Below are positions 27,162 through 37,000 of a DNA stretch of 64,000 bases, one piece after another. The translations under genes were made by a program, and so were the position numbers. The notes under the pieces are model-generated. The model saw nothing but the letters and a program-made list of their open reading frames with translations, was not told where the DNA came from and did not search any database. The DNA is from Treponema sp. (GTDB taxonomy: Bacteria > Spirochaetota > Spirochaetia > Treponematales > Treponemataceae), in the NCBI GenBank assembly GCA_024402565.1, contig JAKSTM010000009.1, positions 169 to 64,168 of the forward strand. The letters are read 5' to 3'. How positions within the stretch are numbered: position 1 is the stretch's first letter; the number at the start of each line of letters is the position of its first letter.

Positions 27162-29594
27162 CTAAAGAGCGGCAAATGGATTATAACTTTCTCCACTATC
27201 TGCAGATTCATAACGTCTGCTTCCAGAACTGGAGATTTTTGAGTTATTTGGTTTATTATAACCATTTGTTCCAGGATTTGCATCCTTTTTCTTTACTACA
27301 ACAACTTTACGTCCGGAAGGGTTACTTCCTGCAGGACGGGCTGCTCCGGAAACCGGGCGGTCGCCACCAGAAGAGCTGCGTTTTCCGCCTGCCCCGCCCT
27401 GTCCGATGCGGCTCATGGCGTCAGACTTAAGGGAAAGTCCGATGCGGTGACGATCTTTATCCAGATCAATGATTACGAATTCCTTGATATCACCAACTTT
27501 GATTACATCCATAGGATTTTCAATAAAGTTGTCTGAAAGTTCAGAAACGTGAACCAGAGCTGTATCATGAATACCGATATCAACGAAAGCACCAAAGTCT
27601 ACAACGTTCTTGATTTTACCTGTAACCTTCATACCTTCCTTAAGGTCTTCAAATTCCAGAACACCTTTCTGCATGATTGGAGCCGGCATTCCGTCGCGAG
27701 GGTCACGGTTTGGTTTCTGAAGTTCATCTACGATATCAGTTACAGTCTGAAGTCCCAGATTGTATTTTTCGCAAAGAGCTTTAAGCATATCGTTTCCGAT
27801 TTTTTCCTTTGCCTGAACTTTTGGAAGGATTTCGCGGGCAACTTCGTAGTTTTCAGGGTGAACCCATGTGTTATCCAGTGGATCTGAACTTTCAGGAATC
27901 TTAAGGAATCCTGCACACTGTTCAAATGCCTTTGGACCAAGGCCAGGAACTTCCTTAAGGCTTTCACGGCTCAGGATCTTTCCGTTCTTGTCACGGAAAT
28001 CAACAATCTTCTTTGCAGTGCTCATTGTGATTCCTGAAACATAAGAAAGAAGCATGTAAGAGGCTGTGTTCAGGTTTACACCAACGTTGTTTACAACAGA
28101 ACCTACAACTTCGTCCAGAGTGTCTGAAAGCTTTTTCTGGTTTACGTCGTGCTGGTAAAGACCAACACCGATTGCCTTAGGATCGATTTTTACAAGTTCT
28201 GCCAAAGGGTCCTGCAGACGGCGTCCCATAGAAATGGCACCGCGGATTGTAAGGTCCAGTTCAGGGAATTCTTTTGTTGCAACTTCGGAAGCCGAGTAAA
28301 CCGAAGCCCCGGATTCATCAACAACAGTATACATAACGTCACTGTCCTTGTAGTTTTCTGTAATTACTTTTGAAACTACAGCCTGAACTTCCTGGCTTCC
28401 AGTTCCGTTTCCAACAGCTACAACCTGAATGTCATACTTGTCGATAGCGTCGTTCAGCTGCTTGTAAGCATCTTCCGGATTCTGTACCTGGAAGATTTTG
28501 AAGTAACCAAGGTACTTTCCTGTTTCATCAAGAGCAGCACACTTTGTACCTGTACGAATACCAGGGTCAATTCCAAGAACGCGGCTTCCCTTAATCGGCT
28601 GAGTCATAAGAAGGTTCTTCAGGTTTTCGCTGAAAAGTTCGATGCCGTGTTCGTCTGCAGCATCTGTTTCGTCAGAACGGATTTCGCGAACAACGGCTGG
28701 AGAAAGAAGGCGCACAACGCCGTCTTCAATTGCTTCTTCATGATATTTGTTATGCATGTCAGCTTTGCGCTGAAGAGTTTTTACAGCTGTATCAACATCA
28801 ACATCGATTGTTACATCCAGGGCACCTTCACGTTCTGCACGGTTAATAGCAAGAATGCGGTGAGGCTTAACCTGATTCAGAGGTTCTTCAAAATCCCAGT
28901 ACATTTTGTAAGTTGATGTATTTTCGGCAACGGCAGGGTCTGTTCCCTCCGGAACGATTCCCTTTGTTTTGATAAGACCGGTTCTCATGTAAAGGTCGTG
29001 AATAACTTCGCGGTTCTTTGTTTCCTGGCTAACACGTTCTGCAATAACGTCTTTTGCACCAGCCAGTGCATCTTCTACAGAAGGCACGTTCAAAGCTTCG
29101 TCTTCGGCATCGGTCTTAACGTATTTTGCAGCTTCAGCTTCTACAGCGGCGTCATTGTTTGCACCGAGCATGAAATCTGCGAGTGGTTCAAGACCGCGTT
29201 CAATGGCTGCCATTCCGCGGGTCTTCTTCTTTTTCTTGAACGGTGCATAAAGATCGTCCAGGGCAGTAAGAGTTGTTGCGCTTGAAAGAGCGGCAGCAAG
29301 AGTTTCTGTAAGTTTTCCCTGAGCGTAAATCTTTTTTATGTAATCAATACGTGTTTCTTCAAGATTCTTGTAAGATTTGAAAAGGTGATCACAGTCACGA
29401 ACCTGAACTTCATTCAAATTGTCATGGCGTTCCTTGCGGTAACGTGAAATAAAAGGAATTGTACAGCCTTCGTTTACCAGGCTGATAACTGCACTTACCT
29501 GAGACATGCGGATCTCAAGTTCGGCAGCGATTTTTTTCATAATTTCAACTTCGTTGACTGTTAAAGCTTCAATAGCTTCTGGTGTGTATTCCAT
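27162..29594 (-). CDS. tex: Tex family transcription accessory protein (YqgF/HhH/S1)
   Basis: TIPFISRYRKE, LGIDPGIRTGTK, SGASVYSAS, RRLQDPLAELVKIDPK; S1 domain NVVDFGAFVDIG. Confidence 0.92.
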   Translation of the reverse strand: MEYTPEAIEALTVNEVEIMKKIAAELEIRMSQVSAVISLVNEGCTIPFISRYRKERHDNLNEVQVRDCDHLFKSYKNLEETRIDYIKKIYAQGKLTETLAAALSSATTLTALDDLYAPFKKKKKTRGMAAIERGLEPLADFMLGANNDAAVEAEAAKYVKTDAEDEALNVPSVEDALAGAKDVIAERVSQETKNREVIHDLYMRTGLIKTKGIVPEGTDPAVAENTSTYKMYWDFEEPLNQVKPHRILAINRAEREGALDVTIDVDVDTAVKTLQRKADMHNKYHEEAIEDGVVRLLSPAVVREIRSDETDAADEHGIELFSENLKNLLMTQPIKGSRVLGIDPGIRTGTKCAALDETGKYLGYFKIFQVQNPEDAYKQLNDAIDKYDIQVVAVGNGTGSQEVQAVVSKVITENYKDSDVMYTVVDESGASVYSASEVATKEFPELDLTIRGAISMGRRLQDPLAELVKIDPKAIGVGLYQHDVNQKKLSDTLDEVVGSVVNNVGVNLNTASYMLLSYVSGITMSTAKKIVDFRDKNGKILSRESLKEVPGLGPKAFEQCAGFLKIPESSDPLDNTWVHPENYEVAREILPKVQAKEKIGNDMLKALCEKYNLGLQTVTDIVDELQKPNRDPRDGMPAPIMQKGVLEFEDLKEGMKVTGKIKNVVDFGAFVDIGIHDTALVHVSELSDNFIENPMDVIKVGDIKEFVIIDLDKDRHRIGLSLKSDAMSRIGQGGAGGKRSSSGGDRPVSGAARPAGSNPSGRKVVVVKKKDANPGTNGYNKPNNSKISSSGSRRYESADSGESYNPFAAL

Positions 29595-29640
29595 AAGTAC
29601 TCCAATTTTAGATGTAATGGATATTATACTGAATTTTTAT

Positions 29641-29681
29641 AAAAAAAAATCCCTGACAGGAGTTTTTCTTCAGTCAGGGAT
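29641..29681 (-). terminator. putP terminator
   Basis: ATCCCTGAC...GTCAGGGAT with a poly-U tract on the minus strand. Confidence 0.75.
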
Positions 29682-29709
29682 CTTCATAAACTAACAGGCA
29701 AAATAAATT

Positions 29710-29737
29710 ATTATTTATTACCTATTACTTATTATTT
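29710..29737. repeat. Heptamer tandem repeat just after the putP stop
   Basis: ATTATTT ATTACCT ATTACTT ATTATTT. Confidence 0.6.
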
Positions 29738-29741
29738 AATC

Positions 29742-31268
29742 TTAGTCTTCCATTTTCTTGTATTCGTCGAATGTAGCAGCAACTTCTGCATCAACTTTTG
29801 TGCAGAGAGAAACTACAACAGCAACGAGCATTGTTACGATAAATCCAGGAAGGATTTCGTATACTCCGAAGATTGGAGCTACAGAACCTGGAATATTGTG
29901 CCATGCAACAACTGTGATGAATCCTGCGATAAGACCTGCAGAAGCACCTGCTGATGTACAGCGTTTCCAGAACAGAGCAAGAAATACCAGAGCACCGAAT
30001 GTTGCACCGAATCCTGCCCATGCGTAAGAAACCAGTCCAAAGATTGAGTTGTTGTTTGGAAGCAGACAAAGTACGAAAGCAACAGCGGCTACTACGAAAA
30101 CTGTAATACGGCTGATAAGAAGAACTTTCTTTTCGTCAGCATCTTTATTGATCATTCCTTTGTAAATATCAAGAGAAACTGAAGAAGAAGCAGAAAGAAG
30201 CTGTGAGTCGGCAGTAGACATAGAAGCAGCAAGGATAGCACAAAGGAAGATACCTGCGATAAATGCGAAAGCACCAGGGAACATCTTGAGCATTGTTTCA
30301 GAGAATACTGTTTCTGCAGTTGAACCGTTAAGGAGTGTTGGAAGCAGGTAAACTGTACCGAGAGTACCAACAATGAAAGCTCCGATGTAAGCAATGATCA
30401 TCCAGATGATACCTACACGGCGGGCTGTTGTAATTTCTTTGTTAGAACGGATTCCCATGAAGCGGATGATGATGTGTGGCATACCGAAGTATCCGAGACA
30501 CCATGCAAAAGCTGAAACAGCACTCATTGCACCGAAGCTCTGGTTTGCTGTGAATACTGCTTTAAGGTCATCATTGAAAGCCCCGGCAAGAGCCTGAACG
30601 TTGAAGTCTTTTGCTTTTGCAATTGCTTCAGCTGGACCACCAAGAGCGATAACAGCACCAACACCGGCTACGATAAATGCAACGAAAATCAGAGTACCCT
30701 GAACGAAGTCAGTTGTACAAACTGCACGGTAACCACCAAGGATTGTGTATGAAAGGATTACGATAAGTCCGATTACCATACCAACTTTGTAGTTCAGTCC
30801 GAATACAGACTGGAAGAGTTTTCCACAAGCTACGAAACCTGATGCTGTATAAATTGTGAAGAAGAAAACGATAAGAACAACTGAAATAATAGCAGTAAGG
30901 TTACTCTTGAAACGATTCTTAAAGAAACCAGGAATTGTGATTGCGTCTCCGTAAGCAATTGTACATTTGCGCAGAGGTTTTGCAACGATAAGCCAGTTCA
31001 GGTAAGTACCAACGATAAGACCAAGTGCTGTCCAGATTGTTTCTTTAACACCACCAAGGTAGCAGAGACCAGGAAGTCCCATAAGAAGCCATGCTGAAGA
31101 GTCAGAAGCTTCTGCTGAAAGAGCTGTTACCCAAGGACCAAGACCACGTCCACCAAGGAAGAAGTCTTTGGCGTCGTTTGTTTTCTTTGAACTGCGGATA
31201 CCGATGTAAATCATGAATCCCAGATACAGAACAAAGGCAAGAATTTTGCCGATAAGTGCTGCTGTCAT
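29742..31268 (-). CDS. putP: Sodium/proline symporter
   Basis: FFLGGRGLGPWVTALSAEASD, WLLMGLPG, GYFGMPHIIIRFM, LAASMSTADSQLL. Confidence 0.92.
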   Translation of the reverse strand: MTAALIGKILAFVLYLGFMIYIGIRSSKKTNDAKDFFLGGRGLGPWVTALSAEASDSSAWLLMGLPGLCYLGGVKETIWTALGLIVGTYLNWLIVAKPLRKCTIAYGDAITIPGFFKNRFKSNLTAIISVVLIVFFFTIYTASGFVACGKLFQSVFGLNYKVGMVIGLIVILSYTILGGYRAVCTTDFVQGTLIFVAFIVAGVGAVIALGGPAEAIAKAKDFNVQALAGAFNDDLKAVFTANQSFGAMSAVSAFAWCLGYFGMPHIIIRFMGIRSNKEITTARRVGIIWMIIAYIGAFIVGTLGTVYLLPTLLNGSTAETVFSETMLKMFPGAFAFIAGIFLCAILAASMSTADSQLLSASSSVSLDIYKGMINKDADEKKVLLISRITVFVVAAVAFVLCLLPNNNSIFGLVSYAWAGFGATFGALVFLALFWKRCTSAGASAGLIAGFITVVAWHNIPGSVAPIFGVYEILPGFIVTMLVAVVVSLCTKVDAEVAATFDEYKKMED

Positions 31269-31320
31269 TTTTTTACCTCAAATATTAAATTTTACTAATA
31301 ATCTTTAGTATAATTGAAAA

Positions 31321-32547
31321 TTAAAGCGATGTATAGATTATGTTCTTAACACGTCTTGTAGTACAGGTTGTGCCGGCATCTACTTTCTGGGTCATGTAGC
31401 AGATGGCAAGATTATTTGTGATATCAACGCTCATGTAAGTACCAAGCCAGCCGTCCCAGCCAAATTCACCTTTTACAGTAATGGCACGGGCAGTGCCTGG
31501 ATCAATACAAACGCGGTTCAAATTTGCATAGCTGTAACCAGACCAGTGTTCCATTTTCCAGTCAAAGCACTGCTGTAAATTTGGACGAAGTTTTGCCTGA
31601 CTCATATATTTTACAGTCTCTTCTTTAAGTATGCGATTTCCTTCAAGAATTCCTTTATTACAGAGCATCTGAACAAAACGCATATAATCATCAATCGTAG
31701 AAACCATACCCGCTCCACCACTTTCAAAAGCAGGGTCTTTTGTCATGTCGGCCTGAATTCCAAGATTACAGTTAGTGAAAAGTTCAACTTTTCCGCCACA
31801 AGAATTACCACCCCAGGCACCTGCAGCTTTTCCCTGATTTGTCCGGTAAACTTTTGCCAGTCTGTTCTGTTTTTCTTCTGGAACATAAAAACCTGTATCT
31901 TTCATTCCAAGCGGATCCCAGATTGTTTTTTTAAGATATTCACTGAATTTCATTCCAGTTACAACTTCAATCACAGCACCAAGTACGTCGGCGCTCAGTC
32001 CATATTCATAATCTGTGCCTGGTTCAAAAGAAAGTGGACCTTCGGCTATACGGTCAGCAACCTGACGAGTAGTAATATTATTTGGTCCGGCTGCACTTTC
32101 ATTCAATCCACCTTCGCAATAAATCAAACGTGAAATATGCTGATGAGCTTCATCATTGTCGCCACCATAAGAAATTCCTGAAGTCATATTCAAAAGATCT
32201 TGAATAATCAAAGGACGCCAGGCCTTTTCCACCTTACCATTTTTCATGCAGGTCATATTTTTGAAGGCAGGAAGATATGTTGAAACTTCGTCATACAAAT
32301 CGATTTTTCCGCTTTCAAGTAAGGTCATGGCTGCAACACCTGTAATAGGCTTACTCATTGAATAACAACGAACAATAGTATCCCGGGAAAATTTTGTTTC
32401 TGCCTCTACATCACGAAATCCCGATTCCCAGTATCCCTGTTCCTGACCGTCTTTCCATACAAGACAGTTTACTCCGGCCATAATGCCTTCATTGACAGCG
32501 TCATCAAGAACGCCCTGTATTTTTGATAAGTGAGAAATATTCATCAT
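31321..32547 (-). CDS. Serine hydrolase, beta-lactamase class C-like esterase family
   Basis: SxxK motif (YSMSKP), LLNMTSG, PLSFEPG..YEYG, FGWDGWLGT; no signal peptide. Confidence 0.85.
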   Translation of the reverse strand: MMNISHLSKIQGVLDDAVNEGIMAGVNCLVWKDGQEQGYWESGFRDVEAETKFSRDTIVRCYSMSKPITGVAAMTLLESGKIDLYDEVSTYLPAFKNMTCMKNGKVEKAWRPLIIQDLLNMTSGISYGGDNDEAHQHISRLIYCEGGLNESAAGPNNITTRQVADRIAEGPLSFEPGTDYEYGLSADVLGAVIEVVTGMKFSEYLKKTIWDPLGMKDTGFYVPEEKQNRLAKVYRTNQGKAAGAWGGNSCGGKVELFTNCNLGIQADMTKDPAFESGGAGMVSTIDDYMRFVQMLCNKGILEGNRILKEETVKYMSQAKLRPNLQQCFDWKMEHWSGYSYANLNRVCIDPGTARAITVKGEFGWDGWLGTYMSVDITNNLAICYMTQKVDAGTTCTTRRVKNIIYTSL

Positions 32548-32570
32548 AATAGAAATTATATATAGAAAAC

Positions 32571-34547
32571 TTAATTTGTTGAATGAACAACGACCTGATT
32601 TCGTCCATTCATTTTTGCGTAATACAAAGCTTTATCAGCTTTAGCAACAGAAGCTTCATAATTTTCGCCATCGTAAACTGAAACTCCAATACTTACAGTA
32701 ACAGGTGTAACCATTGATTTGTCGGCTTCTATTGTTTTTCTGATTTTTTCCGCAATTGTGAAAAGTCGTTTTTCGTCTGTACAACCAAGACAGAAAATTA
32801 CAAATTCTTCTCCACCCCAGCGGATAATCATATCAGATTCACGAATACATGATTTTGCAAGCCGGGTAATGGATTTAAGAACATCATCTCCTACAGAATG
32901 TCCGTAAGTATCATTTACGTTTTTGAAGAAATCAATATCAAGCATCATGATACCAACTTTATCTGCAATCAGAGATTTTGTTCCTTCTGAACAAAGGTCT
33001 TTGAATTTGTTACGGTTGAAGACGCCGGTAAGTCCATCTACAAGACTTTGTGAATACAGCTTATTCTTGGTTCGAATCATTTCCAATGCATTCTGAACAT
33101 TTCGCATCCAGTTTCTGTGCATTGCAGTCGGAACAAGAAGCCTTTCTGCGTCGAATTGAATTACTGAATAGCCCAATGTATTACGTCCAAAATGGATAGG
33201 AATAAAATAATATGTTTGAGGCTTCTTCCATGTTTTTTCAAATGCAGGAAGCAGTTTTTTTGTCTTAAAAAGATATTCTTTATCAAGGGAATAACGGTTC
33301 CGCCCTTTTACATAATCTGGATGCACCTTTGAAATTTTATCGATTGCGCTAAGCATTTCTGATGGATAACCATTTGTGTGGACCACAGAAGTATCAAGCC
33401 AGTCTGGGCAAAGGTTCAAATAAAAGGCTGAAAAAGGTTCCAGAAGATAAGCATCTATAAAGATATGATAAAGACAATCAATAGGACTATTTTTTTCGGT
33501 AAGCTCTTCAAACATATAGCTTTCCATAAGTCGTCCTATATCAAAAAATTCCCTGACATTCCATTCTTCTTCGCTTCTATTGACTTTATAAATCCAGTCT
33601 TTTATAGCACGTCTATAAACTTCAATATCAACAAGAGGAGAATCTGTACTTCCGGCTGGAATAAGGCCGACTTCAAATTGAGGTTTCGGCTTCAACATTT
33701 TCTGTTCAGGCGAAATCTTCTTAATCAGAAGATTCACGGCTTCCATTGCCATACGTTCTTCGCGCGGAACATATGAAGTAATAGTTACATCATTAAGGAA
33801 AGCATCCTGGGTAGCTTCATACCCGGTAATTAAAAGATCTTCAGGACAGAAAATACTGTTTTTTCTAAGGTGATTTTCAAGTCCCAGTGCCATATAGTCA
33901 TTTTCGCAAATAACTACATCAGGAATTTCAGATTCTTTTGCTATCAGTTTTTCTGCCAGTTTTTTTCCACCGGTATACCAGAAATCCCCATGTGCGAGTT
34001 TTATATTCTCTTTAGGAATTCCAAATTTTTTCCCACGCGAAACAATAGCTTTATAAACTTCATTTTTCTTTTCATTATCTGGAACTCCAGAAAGGAAAAT
34101 GGCTGTTTTACAATTTTTCTCACCAAAAACGTGATCGGAAATTTCTTTGAAAACTGTAATTTTGTCAGTATGAATTACATCATAACCGGTTGAAGACTCG
34201 TTTTTTTCATCTGCTTCAAAACCCATATCCAGACATACAACTGGTTTTTTACATTTTTTCTGAAGAAGATTCTTCAGGTCATTAATTATCTGCTGATTAT
34301 TATTAACTAAAAAAGACCGGGTGCAAACTAAAACACCTTCAAGAAGATCAAAATTTATCAGATTAAGAATATTAAGATCTGAATCAACATAACCTTCGTA
34401 TGTTGTTCCAAGAGAAACTAAAGGTGAAAACACCTGAAGATTGTAATCATATCTGGCAACCTGTGCCTGAATCCCCTTTAATAATCTTTGTTGGTAAGCT
34501 GCTTCCGGATTAGCGATAATACAACCCAACGATTTCCTAACACCCAT
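32571..34547 (-). CDS. Diguanylate cyclase with a LacI-type sugar-binding N-terminal domain
   Basis: PBP-like region (GDFW, ICENDYMALG, LITGY); DGLTGVFNR, LDIDFFKNVNDTYGHSVGD, RWGGEEF; start uncertain. Confidence 0.85.
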   Translation of the reverse strand: MGVRKSLGCIIANPEAAYQQRLLKGIQAQVARYDYNLQVFSPLVSLGTTYEGYVDSDLNILNLINFDLLEGVLVCTRSFLVNNNQQIINDLKNLLQKKCKKPVVCLDMGFEADEKNESSTGYDVIHTDKITVFKEISDHVFGEKNCKTAIFLSGVPDNEKKNEVYKAIVSRGKKFGIPKENIKLAHGDFWYTGGKKLAEKLIAKESEIPDVVICENDYMALGLENHLRKNSIFCPEDLLITGYEATQDAFLNDVTITSYVPREERMAMEAVNLLIKKISPEQKMLKPKPQFEVGLIPAGSTDSPLVDIEVYRRAIKDWIYKVNRSEEEWNVREFFDIGRLMESYMFEELTEKNSPIDCLYHIFIDAYLLEPFSAFYLNLCPDWLDTSVVHTNGYPSEMLSAIDKISKVHPDYVKGRNRYSLDKEYLFKTKKLLPAFEKTWKKPQTYYFIPIHFGRNTLGYSVIQFDAERLLVPTAMHRNWMRNVQNALEMIRTKNKLYSQSLVDGLTGVFNRNKFKDLCSEGTKSLIADKVGIMMLDIDFFKNVNDTYGHSVGDDVLKSITRLAKSCIRESDMIIRWGGEEFVIFCLGCTDEKRLFTIAEKIRKTIEADKSMVTPVTVSIGVSVYDGENYEASVAKADKALYYAKMNGRNQVVVHSTN

Positions 34548-34557
34548 AAATTTAATT

Positions 34558-35451
34558 TTACTTCGCTTTTCTCCTAAAATCAAATTTTGTTTCTGCAAGC
34601 ACTACTGCCAGGAAAATCAAGATACAGCCAAAGGCCATTTTAACGGAAACTGCTTCATGAAGGATAATGACACTGAATAAAATACCAAAAACAGATTCGA
34701 AACTCATAAAAAGCGACGCAAGTGACCCAGGAAGATATTTAAGGCTAACATTTTGAAGAACAAAAGCTACCAGTGAACTTAAAACTCCCAGATATAACAT
34801 GGAAATGATGACTTTTGAACTTAACAGACCTTCAACCGGGAATTTTCCGTCAAAAAACGGTGCTGTCAGCCATGCAAAAAGCGCTGCAAAAATAAACTGT
34901 TGAACTGTAAGGAAAAGTGTGTCGGCACCTTCTCTATTACATTTTTCAGTCCAAAGAATATGAAGTGCATAAAAAAGCCCACAAATAAGGGTAAGAACAT
35001 CCCCAATGTTTACCCCTGCATCGCCATTCCCAAGACTTAACAAACCGATTCCTGTAAGGCTCATAGCAGCTGCAACAAAAACATACCAGCCTGGGCGTTT
35101 TCTATATAGAGGCCAGCTTAAAATCGGAACCAGCATAACATAAACTGTTGTAAGAAAAGCATTTTTTCCAGCGGTTGTATAATTACACCCGATTGTTTGT
35201 GTAACATAAGCAGCATAAAGGAAAAAACCTGTTACAAGCCCATTTATCCAGTCTCTAAGAGTCTTATTTTTAAATCTCTTAATAGTAAAGAATGAAAGTC
35301 CTATAGCAGCAATAGTAAAACGAATTGCAACCATCCAAACCGGACCTATTGAATCAAGAGAATCTTTTACAACGACAAAGGCAAAGCCCCATATAATAGT
35401 AACAAATATAAGTCCTGTACTTGCCAGGAAGGAAGTCATTTTTTTTGTCAT
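34558..35451 (-). CDS. DMT/EamA family transporter
   Basis: IWGFAFVVVK, TTAGKNAFLT, ESVFG; about 10 TM helices. Confidence 0.9.
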   Translation of the reverse strand: MTKKMTSFLASTGLIFVTIIWGFAFVVVKDSLDSIGPVWMVAIRFTIAAIGLSFFTIKRFKNKTLRDWINGLVTGFFLYAAYVTQTIGCNYTTAGKNAFLTTVYVMLVPILSWPLYRKRPGWYVFVAAAMSLTGIGLLSLGNGDAGVNIGDVLTLICGLFYALHILWTEKCNREGADTLFLTVQQFIFAALFAWLTAPFFDGKFPVEGLLSSKVIISMLYLGVLSSLVAFVLQNVSLKYLPGSLASLFMSFESVFGILFSVIILHEAVSVKMAFGCILIFLAVVLAETKFDFRRKAK

Positions 35452-35535
35452 GACAAAATTATAATATTTTATGTTATTCCATGCCACACAGTTTTAAACC
35501 TTGTTATTTATTATCAAAAAAAATAATATAATGTT

Positions 35536-36009
35536 ATGAAAAAAATTTGTTTAATTACAGGCATTTTGCTTTGTACAGCCTTTTGCTTTGGAAAATCCTT
35601 TTGGGCAAATTCTAATATGGTTGACCTTCTAGATAAACCTTCATTCAAAGGGAAAATGGTAGCAAAAGTAAATTATGGAACTGAACTTATAGATTCAGGT
35701 ACTCAAATCGGACACTATATAAAAGTTACTGTAGCAGGAAAAGAAGAATTGACCGGTTGGGTTCACGACTCGCAAATCAGCTACAGAAAAATCAAAACCA
35801 CCAGTTCAGCAACCGCAAAAGAAATCTCTCTTGCAGGAAAAGGATTCAGTGCCGAAATAGAAAAATTATACGGTTCTAATTCAAACCTCGATTTCGAAAA
35901 AGTTGATCTCATTGAAAAAATCGAAATCGATTATGACGATCTGGATGCCTTTATTGAGGAAGGCAACCTGAATGAACAGGCAAATAAATCTTCAAAAGGA
36001 GGCAGATAA
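35536..36009 (+). CDS. Exported SH3-like domain protein
   Basis: Signal peptide; LLDKPSFKGKMV..V.YG..L and GWVHDS; C-terminal EISLAGKGFS. Confidence 0.7.
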   Translation: MKKICLITGILLCTAFCFGKSFWANSNMVDLLDKPSFKGKMVAKVNYGTELIDSGTQIGHYIKVTVAGKEELTGWVHDSQISYRKIKTTSSATAKEISLAGKGFSAEIEKLYGSNSNLDFEKVDLIEKIEIDYDDLDAFIEEGNLNEQANKSSKGGR

Positions 36010-36968
36010 TGAAAAAAACAAAACTTCTTTTGACAGCTGTTCTTTCAACTCTTCTTCTGGCTTCTTGTTCCAAAACCACTTCTGAAGTCATGAAAGTTTC
36101 ATCAACTGTTCTTTCTGCAACAGGAATTATTTCCAGAGGAACCCGGGACTCCATAAACAAAGCCATAGATGCTTCTAATTCCGCAGAAATCACATTTTCA
36201 TTGGAAGAAGAATATTACATAGGCCGTGGTGTTGCGGCAAACCTCCTTTCAAAATATAGAATTCTTGATAATCCAAAAGCCACTGATTATGTAAATCATG
36301 TTTTGCAGACAATGATCGCAGGTTACGGGGCAACACAAATGTTCAATGGATACCATGCAGTAATTCTTGATTCTGAAGAAATCAATGCATTTGCTACTTC
36401 AGGTGGACACGTTCTGGTTACAAAAGGACTTATTAAGGCTGCTGGAACCGAAGATGCACTGGCTGCCGTTCTGGCACATGAACTTGCTCATATCCAGCTT
36501 GGTCATTCTATTCAGGCCATAAAAAGCGAAAGAAAAAAGAATGCAAATAAGGCCATTACATCAGCTGCATTCCAAGCAACAATGTATATTGGAACTTCAG
36601 AATCAGAAAGTGATTCTTATTATAGAACTTCAGATCTGATCAGAGATGTGGAAGACGCTTTTGAAGAGGTACTTGGCGACACAATAGATACTTTGATAAA
36701 CAACGGTTATTCACAGAATTTTGAATTTGAAGCTGACCGCTGTGCGCTGGATATTATGTCTTTCTCAGGCTACGACGTTTACGCTATGGACGATATGCTT
36801 TATGTACTTTCCTACAAAACTCCAAAAGGCAGCGGCGGGTTTGGAAAAACACATCCATCTCCAAAAGCCAGAATGGAAAACCTGAAAAAAGAATATAAAA
36901 AACGTGCTCTATACGAAACAGATCCTATACGAACACAACGCTATAAAGAAAATATCGACAGGCTTTAA
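36009..36968 (+). CDS. M48 family metallopeptidase lipoprotein
   Basis: Lipobox LLASC; INAFATSGG, LAAVLAHELAH, EFEAD, THP. Confidence 0.88.
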   Translation: MKKTKLLLTAVLSTLLLASCSKTTSEVMKVSSTVLSATGIISRGTRDSINKAIDASNSAEITFSLEEEYYIGRGVAANLLSKYRILDNPKATDYVNHVLQTMIAGYGATQMFNGYHAVILDSEEINAFATSGGHVLVTKGLIKAAGTEDALAAVLAHELAHIQLGHSIQAIKSERKKNANKAITSAAFQATMYIGTSESESDSYYRTSDLIRDVEDAFEEVLGDTIDTLINNGYSQNFEFEADRCALDIMSFSGYDVYAMDDMLYVLSYKTPKGSGGFGKTHPSPKARMENLKKEYKKRALYETDPIRTQRYKENIDRL

Positions 36969-37000
36969 TCCTGAATTTATTTTTCAAAAATTAATTTAAT

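Noticed and set aside
31321-32547. Antibiotic-resistance beta-lactamase
   Set aside because: No signal peptide; the motifs fit a cytoplasmic family VIII esterase-type serine hydrolase.
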